In this document: positions 43,301 to 64,000 of the stretch, piece after piece
How the letters are laid out: each line of letters opens with the position of its first letter
How positions within the stretch are numbered: position 1 is the first letter of the stretch
Assembly (NCBI RefSeq): GCF_902652985.1
Contig: NC_047027.1
Coordinates: 18,972,001-19,036,000 of the forward strand
Direction of reading: 5' to 3'
Source of the DNA: Pecten maximus
Taxonomy: Eukaryota
Length of the DNA stretch: 64,000 nucleotides
Position numbers and translations under genes: made by a program
Notes under the pieces: generated by a model
Told to the model about the DNA's origin: nothing
Seen by the model: the letters and a program-made list of their open reading frames with translations, nothing else
The model's database searches: none

Positions 43301-43516
43301 AGGGCATCGATATGTTACAGGGTTCCTAACGACCTTGCTTGCAAAATGTTTTCTTTGCCAGGGCGGCAATAATTATTTGGTCACTTTTCAGTTATCTTAA
43401 ATTGTAACATCGTACGTAGCTCGTTAACAGTGAAGAATAAATGAATCGTATGCATTACATTATATAAATTACCTTTTAAAGTTTGCAGTTAAAATGTTGA
43501 TCATGGAGGCAGCCAT
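37361..43516 (-). CDS. MRPL40: Mitochondrial ribosomal protein L40 (mL40), 204 aa; exons 43473-43516, 41552-41653, 39875-40030, 37748-37946, 37361-37474
   Basis: Phase-consistent GT-AG junctions (615 nt). MAAS presequence; SQQKALAELRLESEDLYQQAI and TPAIPGFEPIDGEYSDIS match the mL40 C-terminal motifs. AATAAA on the minus strand at 37262-37267. Confidence 0.88.
38272..39200. repeat. 46-bp minisatellite with 26-bp sub-units, in MRPL40 intron 3
   Basis: Unit TATAAGGTAGCATATTACCTTAATTCTAACACAAATCACAGTTATC, ~20 copies. Confidence 0.95.
40606..40975. mobile_element. Palindromic non-autonomous element with central CCGCTTCGCGG mini-hairpin (Crypton-like, tentative)
   Basis: Inverted repeat 40606-40763 centred on AAACCGCTTCGCGGTTT, followed by a tail ending AGCCAATGAAAATGCTTGTTACAAGC...TTAATAATAA. 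Confidence 0.5.
42270..42642. mobile_element. hAT-like MITE (TTGGGAAA-repeat family)
   Basis: CAGTGATTTT...AAAATCACTG termini with subterminal ATTGGGAAAA motifs; relatives at 45373-46175, ~62693-62877 and ~63617 onward. Confidence 0.6.
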
Positions 43517-43858
43517 TTTTTCATTTCGGAACAAAACTATATCGGGTGTTTTTATAGAATCTAGAGATGTTCCAGTGTATTAAGAACAATCAAATGAAAG
43601 GAATTCTCAGACTAAAAATATAAAATATATCAATTCTGGAAATTTTAATAAAATGTTAAAAGTTGCACGATTTAATTTAACAATCAAATGTAAAATAACA
43701 TTTTGTTCTTAGTACATGTTTCATTTGCAGAAAATTCGTTTCGTCAAAAAGAAATCCGAAAATTGTTATAACATTTCCCGCCAAACACAAAACAACGGGG
43801 ACGAATGGAGTATATTTGGTGCGTAATGCAATGTTTTGAATAGGAGCATCTAGTTAAA
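43517..43858. promoter_or_regulatory. Bidirectional MRPL40/POLE promoter with E2F site
   Basis: 342 bp between divergent ATGs; TTTCCCGCCAAA (43774-43785); CHR-like TTTGAA (43835-43840); YY1-like AAAATGGCTGCC over the MRPL40 start. Confidence 0.75.
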
Positions 43859-63535
<19,677 letters not shown>

Positions 63536-64000
63536 GTCAGTACCAGTCTCAAATCTCTACTTCTACAGCTATCTCTACCACTCTGTATGGCAACTCTGTG
63601 GCTTTGTATGACATTACAGGGAGTTTCCTACAATAGAAACTGGGTCCGTTAAAAGGACCCATTCCCCTAAAAAATCCTTGGAAATTCCCAATTTGCCACT
63701 AAAAAATTCCCAATTTTGAAGTCACTTTTGAATGATTAAGTATGTTATATATACAAAGACCTATACTAAGTTACTTTTGAAAAATAAAAAACAGCTACAG
63801 ATAGCAAAATGAAATAAAAAATAATTTAAAGGCAATATTTATCAAAGAAAAACTGAAATTTGTATGAATTTAACTATTTTTTGTTTTTCCCAATGTCACA
63901 TTTTGTTGCGTAGTAATAAGTTCAATGGACACTGAACCAAGTTGAAAAATTGTAGTAAAACACCTGGGTATCGTTTCACAAAGCTTCGTAACTAACGAAA

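Overview
AT-rich eukaryotic genomic DNA with GT-AG introns and one N-gap (2449-2584). The repeat families and H1 type suggest a bivalve mollusc (inference). Six genes can be reconstructed by hand. (1) A two-exon RBR/Ariadne-type E3 ligase with a long unrecognised N-terminus. (2) A solitary H5/H1.0-like histone H1 with a variant stem-loop, plus a decayed 3' H1 relic 7 kb away. (3) A divergent two-exon actin. (4) MRPS18A. (5) MRPL40. (6) The first nine coding exons of POLE, head-to-head with MRPL40 across a 342-bp E2F-containing promoter. Introns and spacers are full of non-autonomous elements: Helentron/HINE, hAT and Tc1/pogo MITEs, CACAG-ended foldbacks, SINEs, a TRIM-like element and minisatellites. 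The most unusual signals are a 2.7-kb array of roughly 65-70 copies of the POLE 5' splice-donor motif directly behind the real donor, a 1-kb near-perfect foldback with an 8-bp TSD between two convergent mitoribosomal genes, and an actin with an apparent gene-conversion patch. No complete new biological system can be proven from sequence alone; these are candidates. All family assignments are from motif recognition, not database searches.
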